Below, piece after piece: positions 8,068-17,679 of a DNA stretch of 64,000 nucleotides. The position numbers and the translations under genes were made by a program. The DNA is taken from the NCBI GenBank assembly GCA_964538885.1, contig CAZIHR010000018.1:9811-73810 (forward strand), given 5' to 3'. The DNA comes from an uncultured Nitrosopumilaceae archaeon (GTDB taxonomy: Archaea > Thermoproteota > Nitrososphaeria > Nitrososphaerales > Nitrosopumilaceae). The notes beneath the pieces were generated by a model, which searched no databases, was not told the origin of the DNA, and worked only from the letters and a program-made list of their open reading frames with translations. Position 1 is the first letter of the stretch, and each line of letters starts with the position of its first letter.

Positions 8068-11000
8068 GTGAATCTTACCATGAATCCGAGTATAGCTGTT
8101 TTGTTTATTGTGCCTTTTTTGGCATATCTTCCAATATCCGTTGATGCTCAATTGTCAGCCGATCATGTAGTAATTAACGAACTTGATACAAACCCATCAC
8201 TTGACCTTTCGGGGCCTACCTTTGGATGGGTGGAATTGTACAATCCTACTAGTGGTATGATGGACATTGGTGACTGGGAGATTATATCTGCTACCACGGA
8301 GATATCTTTATCGGTGCCCACGGGAACGACGCTCAAACCAAATGAATTCATGATCTTCTCACACAATACTGCATGGTTTACCAACATTGATGAGACAGTA
8401 GAACTGCATGACAGTAATGGTGTGGTGATTGATGCAACCCCACAACTCACAGACTTGCACAACAATGCATTGTCTTGGCAAAGAATTCATGACGGCCACG
8501 ACCTTGACTCTGATGATGACTGGCGTTTTGCTCAATCTGTCCCCGGCGAATCCAACTCAAAGACATACCTGAAGGAAACCGGAGTCACTGTATCCATCGT
8601 ATCTGATAAGGACACTTATACAATGGGCGAGACTGCAAAACTTGAAGGACGTGTATCTGAGCAGATTTTTAAGATGTCGCCTTTTCTCTCTCCTGAACCG
8701 ATAATTCTGACAGTATCTGGCCCGGCTTATCATCACACAGAGCTGTTTTATCCGGATCGCAACAACAGCTTTGAAACTACAGTCAAAATACATAAGGTAC
8801 TTGGCATTGATGTGGGTAATTACAATGTCTTTGTATCGTACGCCGGAGCTACCTCTCAAACTACTTTTGTAATAAATACTATAGTTCCAATTATCCCTGA
8901 ATCACATAAAGATACACTTTTGCTGTCCACTGACAAGACAGAGTACGTCCCCGGTCAGACAGTCAAGATTGCAGGACAAGTCAGTACAGTGATTCCATTT
9001 GAAGGACTTGTATTTCGAGTATCTGATCCACTAGGCAATTTGGTAGCATCCGGCAATCTATTTCCTACGGGCAACAAGTTTTCCACAACCGTCTTTCTAA
9101 CTAGTCTTCAACCTGTATATGGCACATATGAGATATTTGGCATGTATTCTGAGCAGTCATACACTGCATCGTTTGATTTGGTTTCTAACACAAAGGATGA
9201 TGCCACAATCTCACTTCAGACGGACAGAAAAGTGTACGGGCTTGGTGACACTGTTAAGATCACTGGTAGCCTGAATACGCATTGGATTCAAGCACTAAAT
9301 CTTGAAATTTCACAGACAAAAAATATTGCCTTGGGAGTTAGTAGCATTCCTAGTGGTGGTACTGTCTTGAAAATACTTGATGCTGTCAGGTTAGATGGTG
9401 ATGGGAGCTTTAAATATGAATTTACTATACCTCGAGGAACTGACAGGCTTGGTGACTATATAATCAAGGTTTCAGGTGATATTGGTTCTATAATTAAGTC
9501 ATTTACGGTGTCAGAACATCCTGATACATATGTGTCTCCAAGTGGCTCCCTGATGCTGGTTACTGACAGTTTGTCTTATGAGCTGAATGACACGATGGTG
9601 ATTATCGGCAAAATCCCTGACTCTGCTCTACACTTTGGTACATCTGTGGTAAATCTTACAATCCGTGACGATGATGGATCTGCCATCGGAGTCAAATTCA
9701 CTGCCATTCCAGATCAGTCAGGCAGATTTTCATTTGAAATTCCTGTATCTAACTCACTTTATGATGCTGGAAGTCATACTGTTGAGGTCACCTACCAGAA
9801 CTTGTCACAGTCTGCCACAATAGAGTTCACTGATATCATTGGAGAAAGGGGATTCTTTATCACCACTGACAAGCAGATCTATGGACTGTCCGATACCGTT
9901 AGTCTTACTGGTGTACTACCTCACACTGGGGAGAACACAGTGGTGATCTCATTGACCAAACCTGGCGGAACTATAATAAATTCTGGGACGCGCGTTGACA
10001 ACCAGAAATTCACTTGGACATGGCCAACACCAACATTTGCAACACCTACCTCATTCAAGTCTACCAATGACAGATCCATCATTGCATCCAACTTGGGTGT
10101 GTACAAGATAACTGCAACAAATGGTGCCTTCTCTGATACTGTCTTCTTCACGGTATCCGCTAATCCTGATGCCGATGTTACACACAAACCACTAATTCTA
10201 AGTACTGCAAAGTCATCTTATATGGCAGGTGAAAAATTATTGGTAACCGGTTATGTCCTCCAAAAGGATCGAGGTGACCAAGGATTATCTATACCTCCTG
10301 CTGTCAAGATAACAATTCTGCCCGGCAAATTATATGGTGCACCTATTTTTGAAGCATCTGTGTATCCTGACCCTGGAGGTAATTTTAAGAGCCAATTTGA
10401 CCTGCCACCTGCCATCTTTGCGGAGGGACAATATATGGCAAGGGCCACTTATGCCAACATGTCAGCCGAATCCTCATTTGACGTGATAAATGAATTTGCT
10501 ATTGGGGTCGTCGGAGATGTCGATCTCATACTATCTACAGACAAGCAGACATATAATTTGGGTGATCTTGTAACTGTAACTGGCAAACTGAGCCGAATAA
10601 TTCATCTTGACAAGTTTGATGTCAGCGTAACCAAAAAATCTGAACATGAGATTACCTGCGGCTCTATCATATGTGGAAAGCATTTGGGTCCGGTAACTAA
10701 TATACCGCCATCCCCATCTGGTTCGTTTACCTATGAATATATGATAGGTGATACTCCATCTGATGCTGGATTCTATGAAATAATCGTAGATGCTGGTTTT
10801 GACACGAAATCCATCCTGTTTGAAGTGATCCCAAAACCTTCAATTGAGGTACCAGAATCTGAATCTTATACAGTTATAGAAAAATTCAATCGTATACCAG
10901 ATTCACATACAGTCATACAGGTTTCCACCAAAATCTCAGAAAATGGTGATGCCTTACACCCGCGAGTGCTGTCCGGCTCCGTAGTGACTCCCTCAGCGTC

Positions 11001-11304
11001 GGATCAGCCACACGTAAACCTTGCCGTATATACTGCATCTGGAAAATGCGTCATAGGACCAGATCCAGAATGTGCTGTAAGTGAATCCACCCGAACATCT
11101 GATGGTATTTACAGTACCGTTGAGGTTGACGGTACTATACTTAACGTGTTGTATACGGGGTCCGATGTGCGCTTGGAAAAATTTGATATAGCCTCTGTAA
11201 CTCCTGCTAAATACCTACCAGATTCTACTTGGCAGATTCAAATCCTCAAGGATGAGCAGATATCTCGATTGTATTACAAGCTCAACTATATGGCAATTCC
11301 ATAA
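8068..11304 (+). CDS. large secreted protein: signal peptide, lamin-tail-domain (LTD)-like module, seven ~100-115-aa beta-sandwich-like repeats and a C-terminal domain
   Basis: 1078 aa. The signal-like N-terminus is SIAVLFIVPFLAYLPISVDAQ. The LTD-like motif is HVVINELDTNP...GWVELYNPTSGMMDIGDWEI. There are seven repeats starting T/S-D-K-x-x-Y-x-x-G-x-T-V-x-I/L-x-G (SDKDTYTMGETAKLEG, TDKTEYVPGQTVKIAG, TDRKVYGLGDTVKITG, TDSLSYELNDTMVIIG, TDKQIYGLSDTVSLTG, TAKSSYMAGEKLLVTG, TDKQTYNLGDLVTVTG). The start is GTG 8068 or ATG 8080. Confidence 0.75.
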   Translation: MNLTMNPSIAVLFIVPFLAYLPISVDAQLSADHVVINELDTNPSLDLSGPTFGWVELYNPTSGMMDIGDWEIISATTEISLSVPTGTTLKPNEFMIFSHNTAWFTNIDETVELHDSNGVVIDATPQLTDLHNNALSWQRIHDGHDLDSDDDWRFAQSVPGESNSKTYLKETGVTVSIVSDKDTYTMGETAKLEGRVSEQIFKMSPFLSPEPIILTVSGPAYHHTELFYPDRNNSFETTVKIHKVLGIDVGNYNVFVSYAGATSQTTFVINTIVPIIPESHKDTLLLSTDKTEYVPGQTVKIAGQVSTVIPFEGLVFRVSDPLGNLVASGNLFPTGNKFSTTVFLTSLQPVYGTYEIFGMYSEQSYTASFDLVSNTKDDATISLQTDRKVYGLGDTVKITGSLNTHWIQALNLEISQTKNIALGVSSIPSGGTVLKILDAVRLDGDGSFKYEFTIPRGTDRLGDYIIKVSGDIGSIIKSFTVSEHPDTYVSPSGSLMLVTDSLSYELNDTMVIIGKIPDSALHFGTSVVNLTIRDDDGSAIGVKFTAIPDQSGRFSFEIPVSNSLYDAGSHTVEVTYQNLSQSATIEFTDIIGERGFFITTDKQIYGLSDTVSLTGVLPHTGENTVVISLTKPGGTIINSGTRVDNQKFTWTWPTPTFATPTSFKSTNDRSIIASNLGVYKITATNGAFSDTVFFTVSANPDADVTHKPLILSTAKSSYMAGEKLLVTGYVLQKDRGDQGLSIPPAVKITILPGKLYGAPIFEASVYPDPGGNFKSQFDLPPAIFAEGQYMARATYANMSAESSFDVINEFAIGVVGDVDLILSTDKQTYNLGDLVTVTGKLSRIIHLDKFDVSVTKKSEHEITCGSIICGKHLGPVTNIPPSPSGSFTYEYMIGDTPSDAGFYEIIVDAGFDTKSILFEVIPKPSIEVPESESYTVIEKFNRIPDSHTVIQVSTKISENGDALHPRVLSGSVVTPSASDQPHVNLAVYTASGKCVIGPDPECAVSESTRTSDGIYSTVEVDGTILNVLYTGSDVRLEKFDIASVTPAKYLPDSTWQIQILKDEQISRLYYKLNYMAIP

Positions 11305-11336
11305 GTTCAAAATACAACACAGACTTGAGAGGTGCT

Positions 11337-11831
11337 ATGAAACTACGGGTGCTAATGTTCCGTCAAGATGACCCGAAGAAATGCACTGCTGCTAAGATTG
11401 TAAGGCTAGGCTTAGCTAGCAGCGTCAGATCTTTGGTTGACAACAGTATAGTACTTGACCCCTTTGCAGAAACAACACTTCTGCCTAAAGATAAATCCGT
11501 GGCAAATTATATTGTGGGTGTAGATTGCTCATGGAATTTGGCGGAGGGGATCCTTCCAAAATGCTCTGGGGGGATAAAGCGAAGACTTCCTCCACTACTT
11601 GCTGGTAACCCTGTAAACTATTCCAAGCTCGGTAAATTGACTACCGTCGAGGCATTGTCTGCATCTCTGTTCATTATGGGGTTTACAGATAGAGCACTTG
11701 AGTTACTTGACAAGTTCAAGTGGGGACATACGTTTTATGACTTGAATCAGAATCTGTTTGAGGAATACTCAAAACTGGAATCTGTTGATAATATACCGTC
11801 AATTGTCCGGCAGTATGGTTTGACCATCTGA
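11337..11831 (+). CDS. tsr3: Tsr3-like 16S/18S rRNA aminocarboxypropyltransferase (DUF367 family)
   Basis: MKLRVLMFRQDDPKKCTAAKIVRLGLA ... VLDPFAE ... GVDCSWN ... LLAGNPVNY matches the Tsr3 pattern. The track ORF starts at TTG 11325, but the ATG at 11337 is more likely. Confidence 0.8.
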   Translation: MKLRVLMFRQDDPKKCTAAKIVRLGLASSVRSLVDNSIVLDPFAETTLLPKDKSVANYIVGVDCSWNLAEGILPKCSGGIKRRLPPLLAGNPVNYSKLGKLTTVEALSASLFIMGFTDRALELLDKFKWGHTFYDLNQNLFEEYSKLESVDNIPSIVRQYGLTI

Positions 11832-14297
11832 TTTCTTGTACCTCCAAATTGCGACTATTGCTACCACTACTATTACTACAAGTGGAACAACAACCCAGAG
11901 TTGCCCTTTATTCTCCTCAGACCCGTTTGTGATGCCGTCTTGTGTTGTATGGGGCAGAGTACCCAACCAATCTGACACAAGAAAACTTGAGGAATAAAAG
12001 TCTGGTCTCAACACTTCTTCAGATATGGCAAAAATTTTCATGTCTGCCGCACCTAGTTTCAACATACTGGTCTTTACATCTGAAACAGATATTTTTGTAG
12101 TGTCACCATTAACTTGGATCGTTTCAGAAGATACTAATGTACCGTCATTACCAGTCAAAAAGTACAATATTGCATCGGCGTGTTCTGTTTTGATTATAAT
12201 CTCAAGTCCTGCATTCCCTTGTATTATATCTGGAATCTGGACATCTTTTATTGTGGGGTGTTGAACTCTCTCAAAGTCAGACCAATGACCTGCTTCAAAC
12301 ACGTATGTGTCGTCTGTAAATGCATTAACTGTTATGGTTCTAGATTCTGGTGAGTACGAGTCAAGATAGAACGGACCGTTGCTGATCACTGCATGATCGT
12401 TACTTTCTATCCATCCTATTGCAGCATCATATCTGTCTTTGGCATATTCATATTCTACATTATTTGTCATTGAGGCTGGAATGTGCATCTCTCCCTTAAG
12501 ATCTTCTAGGTACTGCTGTATCAGGTGAGCATCATTTGGAATAATCAATGAGAGCCAATTTATGTTCTTACTTGTGGCTCCGGATCTGGAAAACGATACC
12601 TTTCCGTCCATCACCGCCCGCTCCATTGCAACAGAGATCTCCCACGGAATTACACTCCACTGTGATGCCCAGCTTCCAATTTCCCCCTCATCAAAATGCC
12701 AATAATCTACATACACCTCCAACGTATCTTCGTCCACTTGCCTGATTCCAGCATATGTGTCTACTATTTGTGATATCCTTGGAGTGAATTCAGTATCAAA
12801 TGTCTTGTCATTCTCATCTGTTTGTGTTCCCCACTCCATCGTAAAGTACAATGAATGTAGCACATCTCTCATGTCCATTCTCTGTCCATGATGCCAGTTG
12901 CCGAATTCAAAATCAAATGTCACCATACTTGTGACTTTTGTGTTCTCTGACACCCTTTCCCATGCCTGCAATTCTACATTCCATATTACTGCATCTTTGT
13001 GTACGTCGATCTCTCCAGATGGACCTCCAGTCTTGACAGTCCATGAGGAACGTACTGGAATAGTTTCTCCTGTGAATGGGTGCTTGAAGGTGGCAGGGTC
13101 AGCAATAATCCCCCATATGTGGTTGCTATAGGTATCACTTAGGCCCATTACAGGATTCCACGCGCCCTGATAGATCTGCTTTACTCCTATTACCAACTCA
13201 CCATCATCACTTCTGGAGTTGATTGGGGTGAATCTACTGGGAACCCCTGCTCCAAAATCATTAACTACTCCAGAAATACCGTCGTTTGTTACGTACTGAT
13301 CCCTTTTACTTGCTAGGAATATACGTACTGATTCATCAATTCCAAGTATGATGGCATCTCGAATCAATTCTGTCCGTTCCTCTCCCGAGTCGAAATCTCC
13401 AGCGTAGATCTTTTGCGTGATCGAGTCAAGCTCCTCATTTTTGTAGTTCCAGTAACTGGGATCGTTGAATCCGGGCATGTTTGAGAACCATGGGGCATAC
13501 ATCTGCCCCAATCCAACCGAGTCATACTTTACAAATGCCGATCTGCCCCATCCTTCTGTATATAGATTCCATCTCATCTCAGCTGGATCAGAGCCATAAA
13601 CTACCACAAACGCCTTGTTCAGATCCCCGAAATCCTTGTTTACAGTGAATCCTATGTCTTGCAGTTTGGATGATAGGATCTCGCCTATTGACTTTCTCAC
13701 AGGATCGTCACTTCTGATGAATACTGTGATCTCTACTGGACTTCCACCAAACACCCACACTCCTTCTTCCTTTGACGCGCCATTATTTATCATCGCTTCT
13801 GAAATCATCGCCTCTGCCAATCTTGGACTGTACTTGAAGTTGAATGACTCCAACTGTTCTATTATGGATAGATACTCTGGATCGTGTTGCCCATAGTATG
13901 AGATTGATGTGGAGCCAAAACCACCCATGAGTTCATTTACGATAAGCTTCCTGTCTACTAGATAGTTTAGCGCAAATCTTACCTGCTTTATGGAAAACGG
14001 ATTGAATTTTTCGGATTCGGCTGGATTTACAAGTATGCTGTACGAGCCTCCAGTCGAGTCGTATACCTTCAGACCATCCCTTGCCTCAGAGCCTTCCAAT
14101 CTGTCTGAGGGAATCCTATAATAGTAGATGTCTAGGTTTTCGTTTCTTACTTCTTCTAGTGCGGTGTTTTCATCAAGATACTGAATGAACTTTACTGTAT
14201 CTACAAATGTACCTTTTTCTGCAAATGCATAATCTGTTACTGCTACGACGACCAAAAAAACTATTGTCAACATTAACAGCCTTTTCATGTTGGTCAT
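11799..14297 (-). CDS. ABC-transporter family-5 (peptide/nickel, DppA/OppA-like) solute-binding protein with a C-terminal membrane anchor
   Basis: 832 aa. There is a signal peptide (MKRLLMLTIVFLVVVAVTDYAFA). SBP_bac_5-like core motifs are present (LVNPAES.KFNPF, VRFALNYLVDR, WNLYTEGWG). The C-terminal TM segment is LWVVVPLVVIVVVAIVAIW, followed by RYKK. Confidence 0.7.
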   Translation of the reverse strand: MTNMKRLLMLTIVFLVVVAVTDYAFAEKGTFVDTVKFIQYLDENTALEEVRNENLDIYYYRIPSDRLEGSEARDGLKVYDSTGGSYSILVNPAESEKFNPFSIKQVRFALNYLVDRKLIVNELMGGFGSTSISYYGQHDPEYLSIIEQLESFNFKYSPRLAEAMISEAMINNGASKEEGVWVFGGSPVEITVFIRSDDPVRKSIGEILSSKLQDIGFTVNKDFGDLNKAFVVVYGSDPAEMRWNLYTEGWGRSAFVKYDSVGLGQMYAPWFSNMPGFNDPSYWNYKNEELDSITQKIYAGDFDSGEERTELIRDAIILGIDESVRIFLASKRDQYVTNDGISGVVNDFGAGVPSRFTPINSRSDDGELVIGVKQIYQGAWNPVMGLSDTYSNHIWGIIADPATFKHPFTGETIPVRSSWTVKTGGPSGEIDVHKDAVIWNVELQAWERVSENTKVTSMVTFDFEFGNWHHGQRMDMRDVLHSLYFTMEWGTQTDENDKTFDTEFTPRISQIVDTYAGIRQVDEDTLEVYVDYWHFDEGEIGSWASQWSVIPWEISVAMERAVMDGKVSFSRSGATSKNINWLSLIIPNDAHLIQQYLEDLKGEMHIPASMTNNVEYEYAKDRYDAAIGWIESNDHAVISNGPFYLDSYSPESRTITVNAFTDDTYVFEAGHWSDFERVQHPTIKDVQIPDIIQGNAGLEIIIKTEHADAILYFLTGNDGTLVSSETIQVNGDTTKISVSDVKTSMLKLGAADMKIFAISEEVLRPDFYSSSFLVSDWLGTLPHTTQDGITNGSEENKGQLWVVVPLVVIVVVAIVAIWRYKKSDGQTILPDN

Positions 14298-14379
14298 CTG
14301 GCCATGGCGTAATAAAACCTATTTTTGCTAGATGGTTTGATGCTTCCCAAGACCTATAACGTCCTACATTTAAACAAGC

Positions 14380-15021
14380 TTGATGCGGTACAGGCATGAA
14401 ATTATTCGTGGTTTGCCGGGAATCGTCCCAGGTGGAATTTCCACCAAGGATTTTTCTGTTGTGACTGGATTTGATGAGGTACTCTCCCAAGATATTTTGG
14501 ATGACCTTGCATCTTCCGGAATTGGGGAAATACAGAATCAACAATATTTCTTTAGTGATGGCGACAGACTCAGAGCAGCAATTGAACTGCTAAAGAATGG
14601 TAGTCCGATAGATCGCATCTCAGAAACACTTGGCTGGAGGGACTTTGAGGGCCTAACTGCAGAAATCTTATCCTCGTGTGGATTTGCAGTTATGAGGAAT
14701 CTCATTCTTACACAACCTCGGATGGAGATTGATGTGGTGGGTATTAGGCTTGGTATTGCAATGCTTATTGATTGCAAGCACTGGAAGCGATATGGTCGCA
14801 GCGCACTTGCTACCTCTGTTGCCAAGCAGATAGAGAGAACCAAAAATTATGTCTCCAAGACACATGGTGCAATGGCGGTACCAGTAATTGTAACGCTGTA
14901 CCAGGATGAGTTAGCATTCATTGATAGGGTACCGATCGTACCAATATTCAAGTTCCACTCATTTGTGGATGAGTTTTATGGACATCTTGATGATCTTAAC
15001 ACTATAGGAACATCGACGTAA
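14380..15021 (+). CDS. predicted PD-(D/E)xK (Mrr-cat/restriction-endonuclease-like) nuclease with an N-terminal wHTH-like region
   Basis: 213 aa. WRDFEGLTAEILSSCGFAV...MEIDVVG...AMLIDCKHW fits the D...(D/E)-x-K core of restriction-endonuclease-fold proteins. Confidence 0.5.
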   Translation: MMRYRHEIIRGLPGIVPGGISTKDFSVVTGFDEVLSQDILDDLASSGIGEIQNQQYFFSDGDRLRAAIELLKNGSPIDRISETLGWRDFEGLTAEILSSCGFAVMRNLILTQPRMEIDVVGIRLGIAMLIDCKHWKRYGRSALATSVAKQIERTKNYVSKTHGAMAVPVIVTLYQDELAFIDRVPIVPIFKFHSFVDEFYGHLDDLNTIGTST

Positions 15022-16735
15022 TGAAGAGAACTATACTGCCTATGAGAAAGCTTTTTGTGATATCTAATGCTCTATCTAGTGCCTTCGAATAATCATCAAA
15101 TATGCGTTGGCCCATAATTCTCACATCTGTTCTGTTTTCCAGAATCTCAAATTTTGCAGCACTTGTCTTCTCTGCTACTTTTGCTATACTCATCAGCCAA
15201 CCTGCAAGCTTGTCTGTTTCAGTTATGAGGCCCAATTGATAATATCCATTCTTGTTTCTTGCTTTGACTGGTGCATAATGAGTATCTGATGTGCATATCT
15301 CTAACAGGCGGTATCCTCTAGCTGCAAATATTCCTACAATCTCTTCTCTGACTCCGTTTTCCATGTTGTTTGCGTCTGCCCATCCTACAAAGTACTTTTT
15401 GCCGTTGATCTTCAGACAAACCACACCAAGTCCCCCCATTCCGAGATCTTCTGCCCATACGTCCATGTTGTCTGAATTTGCATATCCGAACTCGATCGTA
15501 AAGTTATCTTTTGTGATCAGCGAGTCCAGACATGACTTTGCGGCCTTGAGCATATCTTGAGCATCATCACCTGTTATCTCTGGCCCCATGGCATTATGAC
15601 AGTCTACAATCATCGTGCTGGTGTAATTTCTATTTTTGGCATACTGCTCTATCTCTGTCTTGATATAGCTAGGTATGTCTTCCATCCCGTGTGGTGACAG
15701 TGAAAGTAGTAATAATGGACTGTTTCCAAACAATAATCCCGTCACGCGTGATTTGTTGATCTGTACCGTCACCGGCTCTGTACATGTGAGGCCTTCTTCC
15801 CTGATACTGCTGTTGTTCAGATTGTTCAGATAGTTTTCAACCTGATTTTTTGATGGTAGATTCAGGGCGTGATCTGAGATGCTGTGCATAACCATTGCAG
15901 AAGAATCCATGTTTCTGTAAATCAGGTATGGTATGTTGCTACCTCCTACTGGGTGAAATGGTCCTGGATGGATCTCTGGTAGCACCATTCTGAATTCGTG
16001 ATTGTCCTTCGTACGTAGCCTTATCTGTGATGTGGATACGGTGGTTTTGTCGGAACGTTGTTCAATGATCTTCTCGACTTCTGTGTAGTCGTTTCCTTGA
16101 GATGCAATGTATGCTTGGATTACTCTGTGCGTACTCTTCATTCCAGGTTTTCCCGCCCTGTCAGTAAGTATTGACCATGCACTGGCAATTACCAAAAACA
16201 TTATGCTATATCCTAGAGTCACGGGTTCTGCCAGAACTGTAATCCATAATTCGTTTGGTATCAATACCAAAAACATCGCCAAGGGCTGCACTAGACATAT
16301 TGCCCATGCTTTTTTGATGCTGACCCCTAACGTTGTTGTATATATTCCGATTCTGAAACTTGCAGCTAAAAACATTCCAAATCCTACGAAAAACAACGAC
16401 GGTTCTTTTGAGAGTATGATGCTTGCAGGCATCCCTGCTAGTAGCACTGCTACCCAAAGCATGTTTGCAAACAGTGACGAGTGTAAGGACTTGGAATATT
16501 CTTTTTTTTTGGTGAATTGCGTATCAATTAGTTGCGTTGTGGCCAAGACACCAACTACTATGGGTATTGTCACCCAGAAGCTGTCTGATCCCAAATACCA
16601 TAGGTGAGTAGCAATCACAATTGCAACGGATATGGCCAGTGATGCCACAAGTGAAAAATAATGTGATGACGGATTGATCAGTGTTAGGGAGAATCTATTA
16701 TGTATGTTTGATACTACGTCTATTTCATCAGACAT
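15002..16735 (-). CDS. large archaeal integral membrane protein of unknown function (resembles DUF2070 as I recall it)
   Basis: 577 aa. The N-terminal roughly 200 aa has about 6 TM segments, followed by a soluble domain and a C-terminal TM segment. The family name is from memory. Confidence 0.45.
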   Translation of the reverse strand: MSDEIDVVSNIHNRFSLTLINPSSHYFSLVASLAISVAIVIATHLWYLGSDSFWVTIPIVVGVLATTQLIDTQFTKKKEYSKSLHSSLFANMLWVAVLLAGMPASIILSKEPSLFFVGFGMFLAASFRIGIYTTTLGVSIKKAWAICLVQPLAMFLVLIPNELWITVLAEPVTLGYSIMFLVIASAWSILTDRAGKPGMKSTHRVIQAYIASQGNDYTEVEKIIEQRSDKTTVSTSQIRLRTKDNHEFRMVLPEIHPGPFHPVGGSNIPYLIYRNMDSSAMVMHSISDHALNLPSKNQVENYLNNLNNSSIREEGLTCTEPVTVQINKSRVTGLLFGNSPLLLLSLSPHGMEDIPSYIKTEIEQYAKNRNYTSTMIVDCHNAMGPEITGDDAQDMLKAAKSCLDSLITKDNFTIEFGYANSDNMDVWAEDLGMGGLGVVCLKINGKKYFVGWADANNMENGVREEIVGIFAARGYRLLEICTSDTHYAPVKARNKNGYYQLGLITETDKLAGWLMSIAKVAEKTSAAKFEILENRTDVRIMGQRIFDDYSKALDRALDITKSFLIGSIVLFITSMFL

Positions 16736-16745
16736 CGTTTACTCA

Positions 16746-16907
16746 CTAGGTCAATAGTAACTCGATTGCCCATGACACTACAATTAAGCTTATAGGCACC
16801 GTTATTACGATCTTTGGATCGACCTTTACTCCCTTTGTTTCGTCCTCAAAGAACCTCATAAGCCCACCACTTGATGCCGGAAGCGGTGCTGACTTTTTAC
16901 TACTCAT
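16746..16907 (-). CDS. secG: protein translocase subunit Sec61 beta (archaeal SecG)
   Basis: Hand translation gives 53 aa: MSSKKSAPLPASSGGLMRFFEDETKGVKVDPKIVITVPISLIVVSWAIELLLT. The GLMRFF-x-E motif plus a single C-terminal TM segment is diagnostic of Sec61beta. It is too short for the ORF track. Confidence 0.8.
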   Translation of the reverse strand: MSSKKSAPLPASSGGLMRFFEDETKGVKVDPKIVITVPISLIVVSWAIELLLT

Positions 16908-16945
16908 ATGTATTACAAATACAAAATTTTGCCATAAATACTTTA

Positions 16946-17266
16946 TTACTTGCTTAGCTTCTCCATAGCATCCAAGATCGCATTTACTGACTTTAGAATC
17001 TCCTGTTGCCTTGTGTGATCTGATTCTATCTCTAATTCTGCTGATAGTTGTGACAGCTTGTTTTCCAACATTGTCCTTAGATCCTGTCCCGTGATACCTT
17101 CTGCCTTAGGCACATTTCTTTCTCTTGGCTCACGCCCACAGCTTACACACAGAGCATAGCCATCCTTCATCACTCGAACTCCAGAACAATACGGACATGG
17201 TTGGCCAAGCAAGCTTGCACCCTGTAGTAGCATCTCTGCGGCCTTTTTAGTAAGTTCATTTGTCAC
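16946..17266 (-). CDS. UPF0148/autoantigen-p27-like zinc-ribbon protein
   Basis: 106 aa. AAEMLLQGASLLGQPCPYCSGVRVMKDGYALCVSCG is followed by a coiled-coil tail, as in archaeal UPF0148 proteins. Confidence 0.6.
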   Translation of the reverse strand: MTNELTKKAAEMLLQGASLLGQPCPYCSGVRVMKDGYALCVSCGREPRERNVPKAEGITGQDLRTMLENKLSQLSAELEIESDHTRQQEILKSVNAILDAMEKLSK

Positions 17267-17363
17267 GCGATTTCACGTCCTTTACTACAAAACATGTCAT
17301 TTTATTTATCTATACATCTCAAATAAGGCTTAATAGTGTGCATTATGAAACCAATTCGAACAT

Positions 17364-17672
17364 ATGGCAGTAATTTGTAGTATATGTGGTCTACCTGAAG
17401 ACCTGTGTGCCTGTGGTGAACTTGCTAAAGATAGCACTAAAATTATTATCCGCTTAGAGACACGTAGGTTTAAGAAAAAGGGTACTATGATAGAGGGCCT
17501 GGATCCCAAATTAAATAATCTGGAGACTGTCGCAAAAGAGCTCAAGAACAAATATGCGTGTGGGGGTACTGCCAAAGAAGGCTATATCTTTTTACAAGGT
17601 GACCACAGGGACACTATTAAAGATACTCTGATCAATTTGGGATTCCAAGAATCAAGCATCGAACTTCATTAG
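17364..17672 (+). CDS. sui1: translation initiation factor aIF1 (SUI1)
   Basis: 102 aa. CSICGLPEDLCAC is followed by IRLETRRFKKKGTMIEGL...AKELKNKYACGGTAKEG.I.LQGDHRD, the SUI1 domain. Confidence 0.9.
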   Translation: MAVICSICGLPEDLCACGELAKDSTKIIIRLETRRFKKKGTMIEGLDPKLNNLETVAKELKNKYACGGTAKEGYIFLQGDHRDTIKDTLINLGFQESSIELH

Positions 17673-17679
17673 ATGCACG

